From positions 1,860,001-1,924,000 of the forward strand of contig JBLDXI010000021.1 of NCBI GenBank assembly GCA_047495785.1: a stretch of DNA of 64,000 bases, written 5' to 3'. A program made the translations under genes and the position numbers. The DNA is from Lepidodermella squamata. Its lineage: Eukaryota; Animalia; Gastrotricha. This document shows, one piece after another, positions 49,119 to 61,164 of the stretch. A model generated the notes under the pieces. That model was not told the origin of the DNA, ran no database searches, and saw only the letters and a program-made list of their open reading frames with translations. How positions within the stretch are numbered: position 1 is the first letter of the stretch; the number at the start of each line of letters is the position of its first letter.

Positions 49119-50174
49119 ATGCAATCAGACTATGCAGCAGATTTGCCATTCCCAGTGTGGGAAAGTTATTGCGATTCCTTACTTCGAAAATATCTAACTA
49201 AAGACCTGTTCGAGCGGCTTAAACATGTGAAATCATCGCGTAATTTTACGTTAGCTCAGGCTATAAATCCTGGCGTTAAATTTCAACGATGCAAGGCCGG
49301 CATTTTTCTGGGCGATGAAGAATGCTACCGAATTTTCATTCAACTCATCAGGCCTATTGTCGAGGAGTTCCACCAACCTGCAAACATCAACGATTTGCAA
49401 CCTATTGATTTCGATGCCAGCCGTCTAAAAATTGAGGATTTGGATCCATGTCGAAGTCACATCATCTCAACGAGATTTCGAGTTGCGAGGAATTTGAGGG
49501 GCTATGCGTTAAATCCTGGCATTAATGGCGGTGAAAGGCTGGAAGTCGAGCGTAAGATTGTATCAGCCCTAAAGGAACTAGACGGTGATTTATCCGGTGA
49601 CTATTTTCGGCTATCTGATTTGGACGAGTCTCTAAAGCAAAAGCTAACCGCAGAGCATTATCTATTTAAAAGCGACAGTAAGTTTCTGGAAGCAGGCGGG
49701 GTCATGCGCGATTGGCCTGAAGGTCGAGGAATTTTCTTCAACAAAGCGAAAACATTCATCGTATGGGTCAACGAAGAAGATCACCTGAGAATAATCTCCA
49801 TGGAACAGGGCGCTAATATTGCGAGAATTTTCGCTCGATTATCGGCAGCGGTAAAACAACTGGAGGCCAAACTTGACTTTCTATTCGACCCACATTTAGG
49901 CTACTTGACTTCCTGCACAACAAATCTCGGGTCGACTATGCGCGCTTCCGTGCATATTCGCCTTCCCAAAGCTATTAAACACCCTGATTTTGAGGCAATG
50001 CTGAGCCGATTCAAGTTGCAAGCCCGTGGTGTTGATGGCGAGTTTACGAGTGGATCGTCTTGTGGCGTAGTGGACATTTCCAACAAGCGGCGTGTTGGCA
50101 TATCTGAGGTTGATTGTATCAACCTGATGTGTGATGGCGTGAATAAATTGATTGAACTCGAACAATCGTTATAA
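49119..50174 (+). CDS. Phosphagen (ATP:guanidino) kinase, arginine-kinase-like but with a divergent specificity loop; intronless
   Basis: SLLRKYLT, GDEECY, ISTRFRVARN, EHYLF, DWPEGRGIF, WVNEEDHLRIISM, LGYLTSCTTNLGSTMRASVH, DISNKRRVG. The true start is likely MQSDY at 49119, just after an AG acceptor. Confidence 0.93.
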   Translation: MQSDYAADLPFPVWESYCDSLLRKYLTKDLFERLKHVKSSRNFTLAQAINPGVKFQRCKAGIFLGDEECYRIFIQLIRPIVEEFHQPANINDLQPIDFDASRLKIEDLDPCRSHIISTRFRVARNLRGYALNPGINGGERLEVERKIVSALKELDGDLSGDYFRLSDLDESLKQKLTAEHYLFKSDSKFLEAGGVMRDWPEGRGIFFNKAKTFIVWVNEEDHLRIISMEQGANIARIFARLSAAVKQLEAKLDFLFDPHLGYLTSCTTNLGSTMRASVHIRLPKAIKHPDFEAMLSRFKLQARGVDGEFTSGSSCGVVDISNKRRVGISEVDCINLMCDGVNKLIELEQSL

Positions 50175-50339
50175 AAATTACTGGAATCGAATATTGGCTA
50201 TGAATATTATGAATTATGAATTCCTCCTTAATAGTCATATGATGCTATTTTTTGCTATTATTTACTTTGATTATTAACTTAATTTTTCACTTTCTATCTT
50301 CATACCTTCTTTCACCTTCTAAAAGATATAATAAATTCA

Positions 50340-50700
50340 GGAGCTGTCAACCAAGATTACGGTGTTGGCGTCTACGTCGGCGATGAAGAATGCTACATGC
50401 TTTTCGGGTCTCTAATCGACCCTGTTGTCGAAGACCACCACTAGCCGTATACAAAGTGACCGAGACTCATCCGGCTGATTTCGACCCAAGCCACCTCAAG
50501 GCACCTAGCCCTGATCTGTTTGGAAAGTACGCCAACGAGTCGCCAGAAATCTCAGAAGGGCTGCGGTCTGACCCCGACTTACCCCTCTTCCTGCCCAATC
50601 TTGGAACCGGCATGCGAGCCTCCGTCCGCATGAAAATTCCCAACGCCTCGAAACACCCTGATTACCAGGCAACCCTGATTGCTGATTACTGATTACTGGC
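50340..50700 (+). pseudogene. Internally deleted arginine kinase pseudogene
   Basis: GAVNQDYGVGVYVGDEECYMLFGSLIDPVVEDHH* (frameshift) YKVTETHPADFDPSHLKAP..RVARNL..(large deletion)..PNLGTGMRASVRMKIPNASKHPDY. Confidence 0.85.
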
Positions 50701-52080
50701 CGAAGGTTGGGTTGGCGACACTATCAGTGATGAAAGACCTGATTGGCGCAGGGTGCCGCTGAGCCCAATCCTGTTCCGCGTTTCATCAGCGCCGATGATC
50801 GCCGATGTGATCAGTAAGCTCATCGGCCTGATAAACTCCGACATCTTTCGCTGATGATGGCATGATCTCCAATATGCAGAGATCACTGATACGTGTGCTA
50901 GGAGCCTGAAGTCTAGTATGGAAACTACCATTGAGTCCGTTTCAATGTTAGGTGTTGTGTTTTGGCTCGTGGGATTCACCTGAAACACCGTCGTGATATT
51001 TTCGATCGTTCCCGTGACAAGCTCATCAATTCTCAGTATTCACCATTTTTGTCTTATCTCGGCATATGCATTACTTTAAGGAGTCACTTAGAATCTGCAA
51101 GAGTTCATTTATTTTGCCACTTTTCGTCTTTTCCATTACCGAAAATACCAGATGTGATCCTTTCAAAAAGAAATTATTATCAAAGATAGTGAGTAGAAAT
51201 GACAATTTTTAAGGAGAGAAGCTAACAAAAATTTGTATGTATAAGTTTACTACCAACTGAAGTCATAGAATTTGCAATTCAGTTACAGGCGCCAAGAGCG
51301 CGTCATTGCTTATGGTAGTCGGATTGATAGATTGGTAATGAAACTTGGCAGACGAACCCTGGATGACTGAAGATTTGTCTCGAAAATGACATAGCGATAC
51401 TGTACAATAAAGCAAAAGGTCTTAATATAGAGAAATGTAGTTGAGGATGCGCAATGCAAACAGGTACCGATGCGACCTGATCGTCTGCTTTTGACCGTGG
51501 CATTGTTTGTTTTCAACAGATATAGACTCATCTAAATGAGAAGAAATTGTTTGCATAATGCCTCCTTCTGTCTCTATATAGGCATGATTCTCTAGCGCCG
51601 AAACAAAGATTGGTATGAAGTAGTATTCAACGACGATGATGAAAAAGGTGCGTAAGGGCGGGCGAAAATAACATCGACGGATTCTCATAAATTATAGTAG
51701 TTAGGTCAGTCGTAGAGTCATGTTAAAACATTGCTTTATCACAAACTTTGGCAATAGCAATTATCATGAGGTGATTATCCGCAAATGCAACGATTTAAAA
51801 TTACAGTCTGTAATGTATTATTTTAATTATTATTAAATTATTATAGTTTTGCATTTCAAATAAAATAGATAGGTACGTCTGGGCTCGACCCAAAACCACT
51901 GTTCTCCTCTCCGCTTTCAGCTAGAATTTGATGAATTTTTCTCCGCATAAGCGAGTAAGAGAGCTTCAGTGCCGATGGTGTCTCGAAGTTGTCGCATTTA
52001 CAAAGGGCCAAAATTTATTGAAGAAGAGAAGCAACAGACGGTAGCTCTTCATCGTTCCGCCCGATTGTCAAATGACTCTT

Positions 52081-53217
52081 TCAAAGATCTAGTTGAAATA
52101 CTTTTTCGACTTTTCGCCAGAAAAAGGCAATGGCGCCAGCAACTATTGAGAACAGCGCACCTAATACAATAATCCAGATCAAAAAAAAGGGGTCTTCCTG
52201 TTACCGGAACCAAATTTACAGTGAGCGGAACCAAATTTGCTGTATCGGAACCAAATCTGCTGTTAGCGGAACCAAATTTTAGAATTTTCTAGAGGCCTGA
52301 AATCGCTTTTCGGATATTTATTGCATGTCAAAATTGGTCCCAATAATTCTGAAAAATTCACCAGTGAATTCATCGCAACATTCTCTATAAGACGCAGTGT
52401 TCGATTCAGAATTCATGCTTAGCCTAAAATTCTTAGAAATATTCAAAAAATGACTCTTGGCATATTTCGAGTTTGGTTCCGCAAAAAGCAAATTTGGTTC
52501 CGCTACAGCATATTTGGTTCCGATACAGCAAATTTGGTTCCGCTCACTGTAAATTTGGTTCCGCTAAAAGATATTCCCAAAAAGTAGATGAAAGATGAAA
52601 GATGAAAAACCTGTGAGGACGAGGAATGGTGGCCATGAAATATAGCACTGGTACTGGCGGCACCATAATTGATCGACTTGCTTACTAATTATATATACTA
52701 GACACCCGGAGATGTCTGCCAACGCTGTAAAATAAATTCGTCAACAGGAAATCTTAAAGCAGGATGAATGAGCTTACATCCAGTTAAAAGCAACAGAACT
52801 GCAAAGCCACGGAATAACCGGCGAGCGTGAAAGTGCGTCTGCATGCGTATCAGCGGCAGGGCGATGGCGAAAAAAGTGGCAGCGAACGTGGCCGCTATAA
52901 GGCCATACAACACCAGGCCGTCCATAGTGCGAGTGTAACCTATATAGGGATCTTTTGGCGGAAAGCACGCATCGTCCTCAGCGCGGCAGACGTGCCAGAA
53001 GGTGTCATACAGAATGAACCGATAAGACACATCGTCCTTTCCTAGATGATAGTAGCGCATCCATGGCAGCTTGGCTGAAAAATTCGAAGGTTCCAAATAA
53101 ATATATAAATATTAAGGCAGGAGATTTACCTGTTACGGCAGCCAAGTGCAGAAGAGTGGAGATCAATGAAAGACAAACGCATATGAATGCTGCCACAGAT
53201 GAATCCTCCCAAGCCAT
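52081..53217 (-). CDS. Claudin/PMP22/EMP-like tetraspan membrane protein (4 coding exons)
   Basis: TM1 VAAFICVCLSLISTLLHLAAV; loop W...FWHVCRAEDDAC (W-x-W-C-C claudin-like signature); three more TM segments. Last exon GALFSIVAGAIAFFWRKVEKVFQLDL* splices in phase. Confidence 0.7.
52189..52578. mobile_element. Foldback-type MITE with inverted arrays of ~21-bp CGGAACCAAATTT units
   Basis: The left arm GGAACCAAATTTACAGTGAGCGGAACCAAATTTGCTGTATCGGAACCAAAT.. is the reverse complement of the right arm; lies in the last intron of the claudin-like gene. Confidence 0.85.
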
Positions 53218-56200
53218 AACCCGTAGCGGATTCAGGATTGAAGGTCACGGCCGAACCGTTTAACAGTAGATAGTCGAGATGAGACAACTGAGTCCCCGAC
53301 AATTGTCAAGTAAGCTTCGCACTAGCTAGGTGCGAATAGTTGAAGTAATTGACATCAATGTCAGGCTCTGTCGATTAATTGTACTCAAAATCCAAGCTCT
53401 ATAAACTGAATCACAAAAAAATGATTTAAATAATATAACGTACTCAAAAGAGAGCGGAGCTACTCGAATGCTGTTTTTCTATTATTGTACAAGATAAATT
53501 CATGTTGTTGAAACGTAAGAGCCTAAAAAATTGCGTGATGACCATGGCAATGGGCCACTGATCGCCAAAAAATGAATATAAATGATGGTATTCATCATTA
53601 GGCTTATAGTATAAGTAATCAAACGATGCGCCGCGCCAATTTAACGCCATCATTACGCGGCATACGGATTTGAAGTGCAGAAAAAAGCTTATATGGTGAT
53701 AACGGCCTCGCTTTCGGCCGCATCAGCCATATTTACATTGAAATTGTAAATCAGGCGCATTTTTTGCGGGACGGCTTCCTTATCGCGCAGTTACGGCTCG
53801 GCGCCATCATTCAGACGCTCGTAGGCCGTACTCACTTTGTTGCCTGCCTGCATCTGCCCGGCCGCTGCATCGGATGATGTAGTAATACTTTGTCGTGCCG
53901 ACCACTACCGACTTGAACCGCTGCGCCTCTACTACCATTACTGCTGCGATAACAGCGTGCACGTTCATGATTCGTGTAATATCAATTGCTTACAAGCTAA
54001 AAAATAATGGACCTATCAATACGCATCTAATCTATTTTTGGCTGATGCGGCAATCGGCGCCAGCGCGGCAGCAGGCCAGGCCGGGCAATTGCTACTGAAG
54101 AGAGAGTATTTTTATTTAGTTATTGCTGCGGCGACTGCGCTACGCGCCACTGGGGCCTCGACTGCTGCTAATGCTATAATGATATTATACGGCTTTATTA
54201 GAAGGTATCATCACTCGCCGACGGATTGTTTGATCGCGCATGATAATAATAACAGTGTATGAAATAAACGATAGCCTAGACGTTGTGATGAAGTTGTAAC
54301 CCGATTCTAATAAGTATACGCGAATACTATGCCTATACCTACCAATACCTTTTTCAACGTAAGCTTCTTCTTTGCATCATTACCTGGTCCGTGTTTTGCG
54401 ATTAATATTCACAGATAGTAGTAATAATAATAGAAACTAGAACTATAATAGCAAGTAGTGAGCTTATTCATATAGCTTATTTAAAATGTAACGTGAATTA
54501 TGCCGGAAACTAGCACCATATTACTACCGACAGCTGACTGCTCGACTGATGCCAATTCGCAAGTGCGAGAGTTCTTCCGATTACAACAGTCCCGGGTTTA
54601 CCTAAGGGTCTAAGATCGTAAACCCTGACAAATAGTACGGATGCCCGTCGTTAAGCTCAGTGCAGCTAATATTTTATTACAGAGCATCAGGCGGAGAGGT
54701 GATCGCGCGACGATTGTTATAGGTAAGCCACAGCAAACAAAAACAGTATGAGCGGGCTGAACAGCTATTAATATTAGGATCAATATGATCAATGGGAGCC
54801 AGGCAAATGACCAGAATAAGGGATATACTATGTTGACCGTCATCATCGTAATGAGCGCGAGAAGGCTGCTTTGGCAGCATATATATAACACAGGACTTAT
54901 TGCTTTCATTTCTCACTTCGCCAATAGATAGCCAAATAATGAAAGTCAGAGGTAAAAATATAGACAGATCATTATTAAGTGACTCGAAATGAATAAAATG
55001 AAGAGTATCCATTCAACACGCGCAAGTGCGAAAAATAAGTTGAGCAAAAAGAATCTGACTAACCTTTCCTTTATCGCGGTGAGAAAAAATGTTAAAACGC
55101 AAGCGATTGAAGGTTGTTGATCCATAATCGATAAACAAAAGTGGATAAAGCGCGATAATCCATGCGATAATGAAAAGATAAAAAGCTTCGATGAGCAAGT
55201 CAGGTAGACTCGTAAGGCAAATAAAGCTGCTGCCCGAAGACACAGGTAAACATTTTTTAGGGCCACATCTGAGGTAGCGAGAGAGAGAACAGTAGAGCGA
55301 GCTGAAATCGAATTTTATTGCGGCCAGGGCAGGAAAGGGCGCTTGAGCAAAACAGCAACAACATAGTAATAGTAATAATAGTAGTTGTAGTAAAGAGATT
55401 TTAGCAATAGATATTATACGAACTCGCGTGCGCACTCGGCAGCCAAATATAGCCATTCGGCGAAATAGCGCCATTAGCCAGGCATGTTTGTATTTTTTAT
55501 ACGCAGAATAATAAGAATTAAGAGGCGGAAAATTTGATTAGGTGGAGGTCGGCTGCTGTACTCTACTGTACTCTATGTCTCATCTGCAAAAGCCAATAGC
55601 ATTGTCGACGCTATGCAATAAGTATGTAATGTGTTCCTCGGGTTCTGATGACGCCAAATCGCGGAGTAATCAAGCGCACGTGCGGAAGAACAGGATGGAC
55701 AAAAAAAGGCGCATGATTTTTCAGAAGTGCGCATCTCGACCAACCAGCAAAACCGGCTAGCCAACAGCGAAATCAAATGGCGAAACCGTATACACTGCCG
55801 ATGCCGTCATCTTACTGTGTCGGCGCGCATGTGTCAAAACCTAGGTGCAAAGCATTTACAGGAGTGTGAAAAAGTCAAAGGTGCGTGTCATAAAAATACT
55901 ACGTCGGCATGTCCATCATCGTCGCCATCATCGTTTCAGCTTTGAAATCAAACAGCTGCGCGCCCGCAACTATATTGAGTATGGGCCTAGCTTGCATTTA
56001 AAAATAAATGGCCGAATAATAGTAGAAATAATAACCGCCCCTTCTCATAGAGTAATGTTTTCGCTGCGCAAATAAAGTGCGGCGTAAAATAGTCACGGGC
56101 GCAAGTATAAGTAACTAGCATCGCGCAAGTGTCGCAACCGCGATTATTTTGCTATTAATAATAATAAAAAATATGATGATAATAATAATAATAAAAATAA

Positions 56201-56462
56201 TGATAGTTGAGTATCAGAGCGATTTATAATTGCGGCACACACGCCGCTGAGACAGCTGGCTGGTGATAATCTGCGATCGTCTGGCCGTAAAATTTTGGGC
56301 CGAGCGTCATTCTAAGTAAATAGCAAAAAATAGCTATGGAACTGCCCACTTGACAGTAACTTCTCGCACGTGTGACGAACCATCAATATAATATTATATC
56401 ACGCAGGATCAAAGTTGGCGACGCTGTTCAGGTCCAGTGATAATCAATTAAGGAATAGCGCG

Positions 56463-56483
56463 CCCCCCCCCCCCCCCCCCCCC
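56463..56483 (+). repeat. Poly-C tract (about 21 nt)
   Basis: Direct observation. Confidence 0.9.
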
Positions 56484-59400
56484 AAGTCTATGCACCCAGC
56501 AGAGACATATCAGGCAGCCTTGCGGCTAATCAACTCATTAATTAAATAAATCGAAAATTATAACTTCCAAGCATAAGAAGACGTTGCCGTTGTTTGAAGA
56601 ATGTAATGATGATGTGATGCAAAATTTTATTTCCTTAGCCTAGAAGGATCATGATGATGATACATATCATGAAATTAGGAATTAGATACTACTGCACATC
56701 AATGTCGCAGCAACATAATTAAGCTCCTATCGACTTCAGCCAGCAAGGTATTAATTTCAACATAGCGATTGATCGCGTTCATCCTACGCCTGTCTGGCTT
56801 CTATAAATGCAAGCTGTGGATCTGATTTCGTTCAAATGACGTGCTCGAAAACTATATCATACCTAACAAGAAGAAAACAGGGAGAGTAAAAGAGAGCCCA
56901 TGTCTCGCACTGGCTGACACGGCTAAATAATTATGGTAAGGCATACTTTGCCTCGGGCGAGGTAAGAATAAGAGATGGAATGAGAGAGAAGGAAGAAAAG
57001 AGGGAAAAGGAAGAGAGAAGGATTGTTGTTATTGATACGGTATTGGACTAACCAAGTAATTGACCAGAAGTGGACTGGTTGTCCGGAGGCGAGGAGACGA
57101 AGACAAGGCATATTAACAACTTGAGCAGAAGTAATAATGGTGAACAAACAAGCAATTTTTGCGCATAGTCTATTATTTAATGCAATTAAATTTACACACC
57201 ATCCCAGCAATAAACCGCACGCCTTCGCGTATTGCTTGGCAGCGATACCGCTTCAGGCAAACTATGAGAACAATCATTATAGATCGTCAATATCATATTA
57301 TTATAATAGTTCAAAAACAATGGGAAGGAGCGTTTTATTATCATTGATTTTGTATTAGTAATAATATGCAACTACTAATAATAATATAACTAAATATTAA
57401 TGGAATGACATTCAGGCGGTGAGGCGATAAAATTAAAGCGCAGCGCTAACTGCATAAACACATCAAAGAGTTTCATTTACATCATCAGGTTTTCTCACGC
57501 TCGCGCCCATCACTGCGTTTCATCGCGATACCCTTGTAATAACAAAATGGTCTGTTGATTGCTGTGATGACCAAACGATATAAAAGTATAGCCGAGTAAA
57601 GTAGGTAGCGTAGCAATTATCAACCGTGGGCTCGAAAGTAAACTAATTAACGTACAACAATAACACACAGCAGAACAAAATCAGCGTTTGCGCGATGAAT
57701 GCTGAAAATATAAACACGCATATTTTATGTGCGGTGGCTGTACTGCAATATTATGAGCAAAAATCTTCGACGATTAAAAAATATTTTAATTGCCTCAATA
57801 ACACAATGTGAACCTGCTTTAAACCTCATCTAAAAAATTATATGACGCTTACGCCTAACTGCCATGGTCATGAAGGTACCTGATAAGAAACTTAGTCGAT
57901 ACTTGCGGCAAATTGGTTAACAATTTGCATACTGTTGTGACAGGGATGAACGCTACGATGGCGAGAAGAAGAGTAAAAGAGCACATCCTGGCGGCTGGTA
58001 AACACGCTGCGAAACACGAGACTTGGCCTTAAGCATCTGTCACTTCGTGTATAGCCCGAGTTTTTTCGTATAATATCGCTGTGTTATTTTTACACGAAAG
58101 CACTCGACGATTGACGATGCACCCGACTAGAAGATAGCCAGCGCGCTACGGCTACTTAATTAGATCAGGCGCTTAATTGCGAATCGGGGCGTTGTAAACA
58201 CGGGTACGCACTACCGCCAGTCGTCGTCATCAGGTCGGCTCGCTTGCTACATGATGTATCGATGGGAAGGAAGATCAAGAAGAACGCGTGGCACTTGCAG
58301 CGCAGAAAAACACAGCCGATCATCATAACAATTAATTATTTCTGCAAGAGCCGCGTGTTTGTCGGTGATTATTTTTCCTGCGCAATTTTTCGCCCGCGAG
58401 GTGTTTTAGGAACGCCGGTATTTGGCAAAATTGCCGATGCCAAAATTTTCATCGTGCTTACACGACGGGCGTAATATATTCAGCCGTGTTATTATTTATC
58501 CGGGAGGGGCTGGCTGTGGCGTTGCGCTATTTATCTTTGGCATGAATATAGCATGACACTATGTGATTCGTGCGCCTCGCGGTTGGTGACAAGTGATAAA
58601 TCGCGGATATTTGCTCACAGTTGCTAACAATCGATCGCAACGAAAACCTGTTTACAGCCGCGCGATTTTCATTTCATCACTGCCCGAAACAGTTTAGCGC
58701 GACAGAAACAATATTACATTATATAAGTTCTCCTGTTATATTATTTACGCCTCAATGCCGACGAAAATGCGCGACAAAAAGAAGAGACACTGCGACAATG
58801 ATGATGAAGTGTGAATAAATCACGCGGAACACAACGATAACAACTGCAGCAGAATGATGCAGAAGCATATTACTGCTGCCGTCTATTACAAGTGTATACA
58901 TCAATATACACATACATATTATACTACTTATAAATTACACGCTATCGGTCATTTTGAAGCGCTTATGCTAATTCAGTATTCAGCATTCATCTGATTTTTA
59001 GCCAGCAGCCTCTGAACGATAAATGATATTTTACGAAGCGCGCTTATTAAACTAAGATCTTAAAAACGCCTTCGCCAAGATGAGAGGGTGTGAAAAATGC
59101 GTTACGAAAGCAGCATTTGTTTATTGCCATTATCACTATATTTGATAATCATCTTTATTGAAGACGAAACGGCATATGAATTGTAATCGCCATGGTTTCG
59201 ATATATTACAAAAATTACCATTAAAACTGTCAGGGTGTTTTTACAAAGCCTAAAAGAAATCATGTTGTAATTATGCAAGCTATTGAATTGCAATTCTAGA
59301 ATGTATGGATTATACGAAGAGTGGTATTCTTTTACTATTCGGGAGAAAGATATTTGAGTGAAGTCGTAATTTCATCGAAATTCGACATGCTTTTGAAATA

Positions 59401-60832
59401 TTACGGACTGAAATGAAGTGCAATCGCCAGTGCACTCGCTAAGTTTAATTGAATATTGAAAGCTATCTACCTACTGGCGGCTAGACCAGCTAAAATACGG
59501 CGTTATTCTTGTCGCATAGGAAACGGAAGTTGTTAAAATAGGGTTAGCGCTCATAAAAGAACGTGGCCCACGCATACGTGCGTATGGCGACGTGATTGTG
59601 ATTTTGCGATTTATTGGCCAGGTTGCAAGAAGGAAGCGCCTGCGGAAGGTCAGCGGTGACGGCACGCTATTCATCGATTCTCTGCGTCCGAAATGTCCTT
59701 CGCCATTTGCGCTGCCGAAAGTGAAGTGACAGGCGTTACGTGGGGGACTTGGCCTTAACGAATGTCATTTCTATAATAAATTGCTAGTGCGACAGAGTTT
59801 GAGTAGTTCTAGGGGTACAAAAACCAAAACCTAAAAATAATAAGTATAATGAACAAAAATCAGGAGCGATTTAACCAATATATTTATGGCCTCTCTAGAT
59901 CTTAGCCATTGATGGCGAAAAAATATGCAGCATTATTAAAGAACGGGAATAAGTAAGCGTCTGGATCTATTCGCTCGCTTTAATTATTAGCCCACCAGTT
60001 GTCTCCCGCGACGCCAGCAGTGACGAGAAGTGCGTCGTTGGTCAAGCACGAATCGTCTGCGTTTTAGTACGCCACTTTATAATATAAAGTATAAGCAGTT
60101 GTGTGGCGATTTATCGAAGCTATAGAGGCTAGAACCCCGCGCCCAAGATACAGAAAGTCGAGCAATGATTTCACTTGTGCGCGCAAATTTATGGTGAATC
60201 GTGAGTAATAAATGTCTTTGTTAATGATGTCAGCAACGCGACGCCATTCATTTGCGCCGATTCAAACATGGTTTCACTTTGCGACGGAAGTTTTATAAAA
60301 TATGCAGGCAATACGCAATCACGCAATTCTCGCCGCTATAAACAACTCTATATGTTATAGCTTCTTCTCTCAATTGTCATTGGTTCCCCTCATCCCGCCA
60401 TTCGGCTTGAAACTGCTGAAGGCCCGATTTCATTCACTTATTTTGATGGCGAGCACGAGGGCTTTCCAAGTTTATTAGATTAGCTATCAGAATTTCCCGC
60501 CATTATTCGTGATCATGCTGCTATCATATTCCTTGGTTTCAACCACATAATATTAGCTTCAATTAAATTGGAAATATAACTCGATATGACTGCTGTTACG
60601 TTTCGAAATTGAACGTCTGCATAACACAGAGAATCTAAACACGATGGAAAAGAGTAGAAACAAACCAATTCATACCATATAATACCACTGAAATTCTACC
60701 GTAAATACCAAAGGTCAGATTTAAACTCTAGAAAATCATATACCTCTGATCAGGGTTCTCTTACAGTGATCGCTTCATTCAGTTTGGTTCACCGTAACAG
60801 TATTAGTACGAAATGATGAATGTCGCGCCCCC

Positions 60833-60990
60833 AAACCCTACGGGCTTTTTCCAAATAATTTCGGAAGCTTTTTGCAAAATAAAAATTTCGGATTTAGTTA
60901 CACGGATGTAAAAGGCTTTGAACGACGATTAGTTATTGATCATATTGATATCGTAATCTCGTAGAAATGCTGCGTAAATCAATCGTGTGA
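60833..60990 (+). repeat. Dispersed repeat, copy 2
   Basis: Similar to 48228-48420 in the same orientation. Confidence 0.75.
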
Positions 60991-61164
60991 ATGATGACGG
61001 TTGATAAACTTCGATTCGGTAGGAATAGGTAAAAATGTTAATGATGGGTATTCGGGTATATTATTGATCTATAAATATTACCATGCTGCCTTTTCGCGCA
61101 GTACTCATGCTTTTTTCGTCGTTTATTTTTGGCATTTTTGGGGTCAATCGCTATAGACTTCTTG

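Noticed and set aside
52200-52565. CRISPR-like regularly spaced repeats
   Set aside because: The ~21-bp units have mirrored, non-unique spacers in inverted arms; eukaryotic context and no cas genes.
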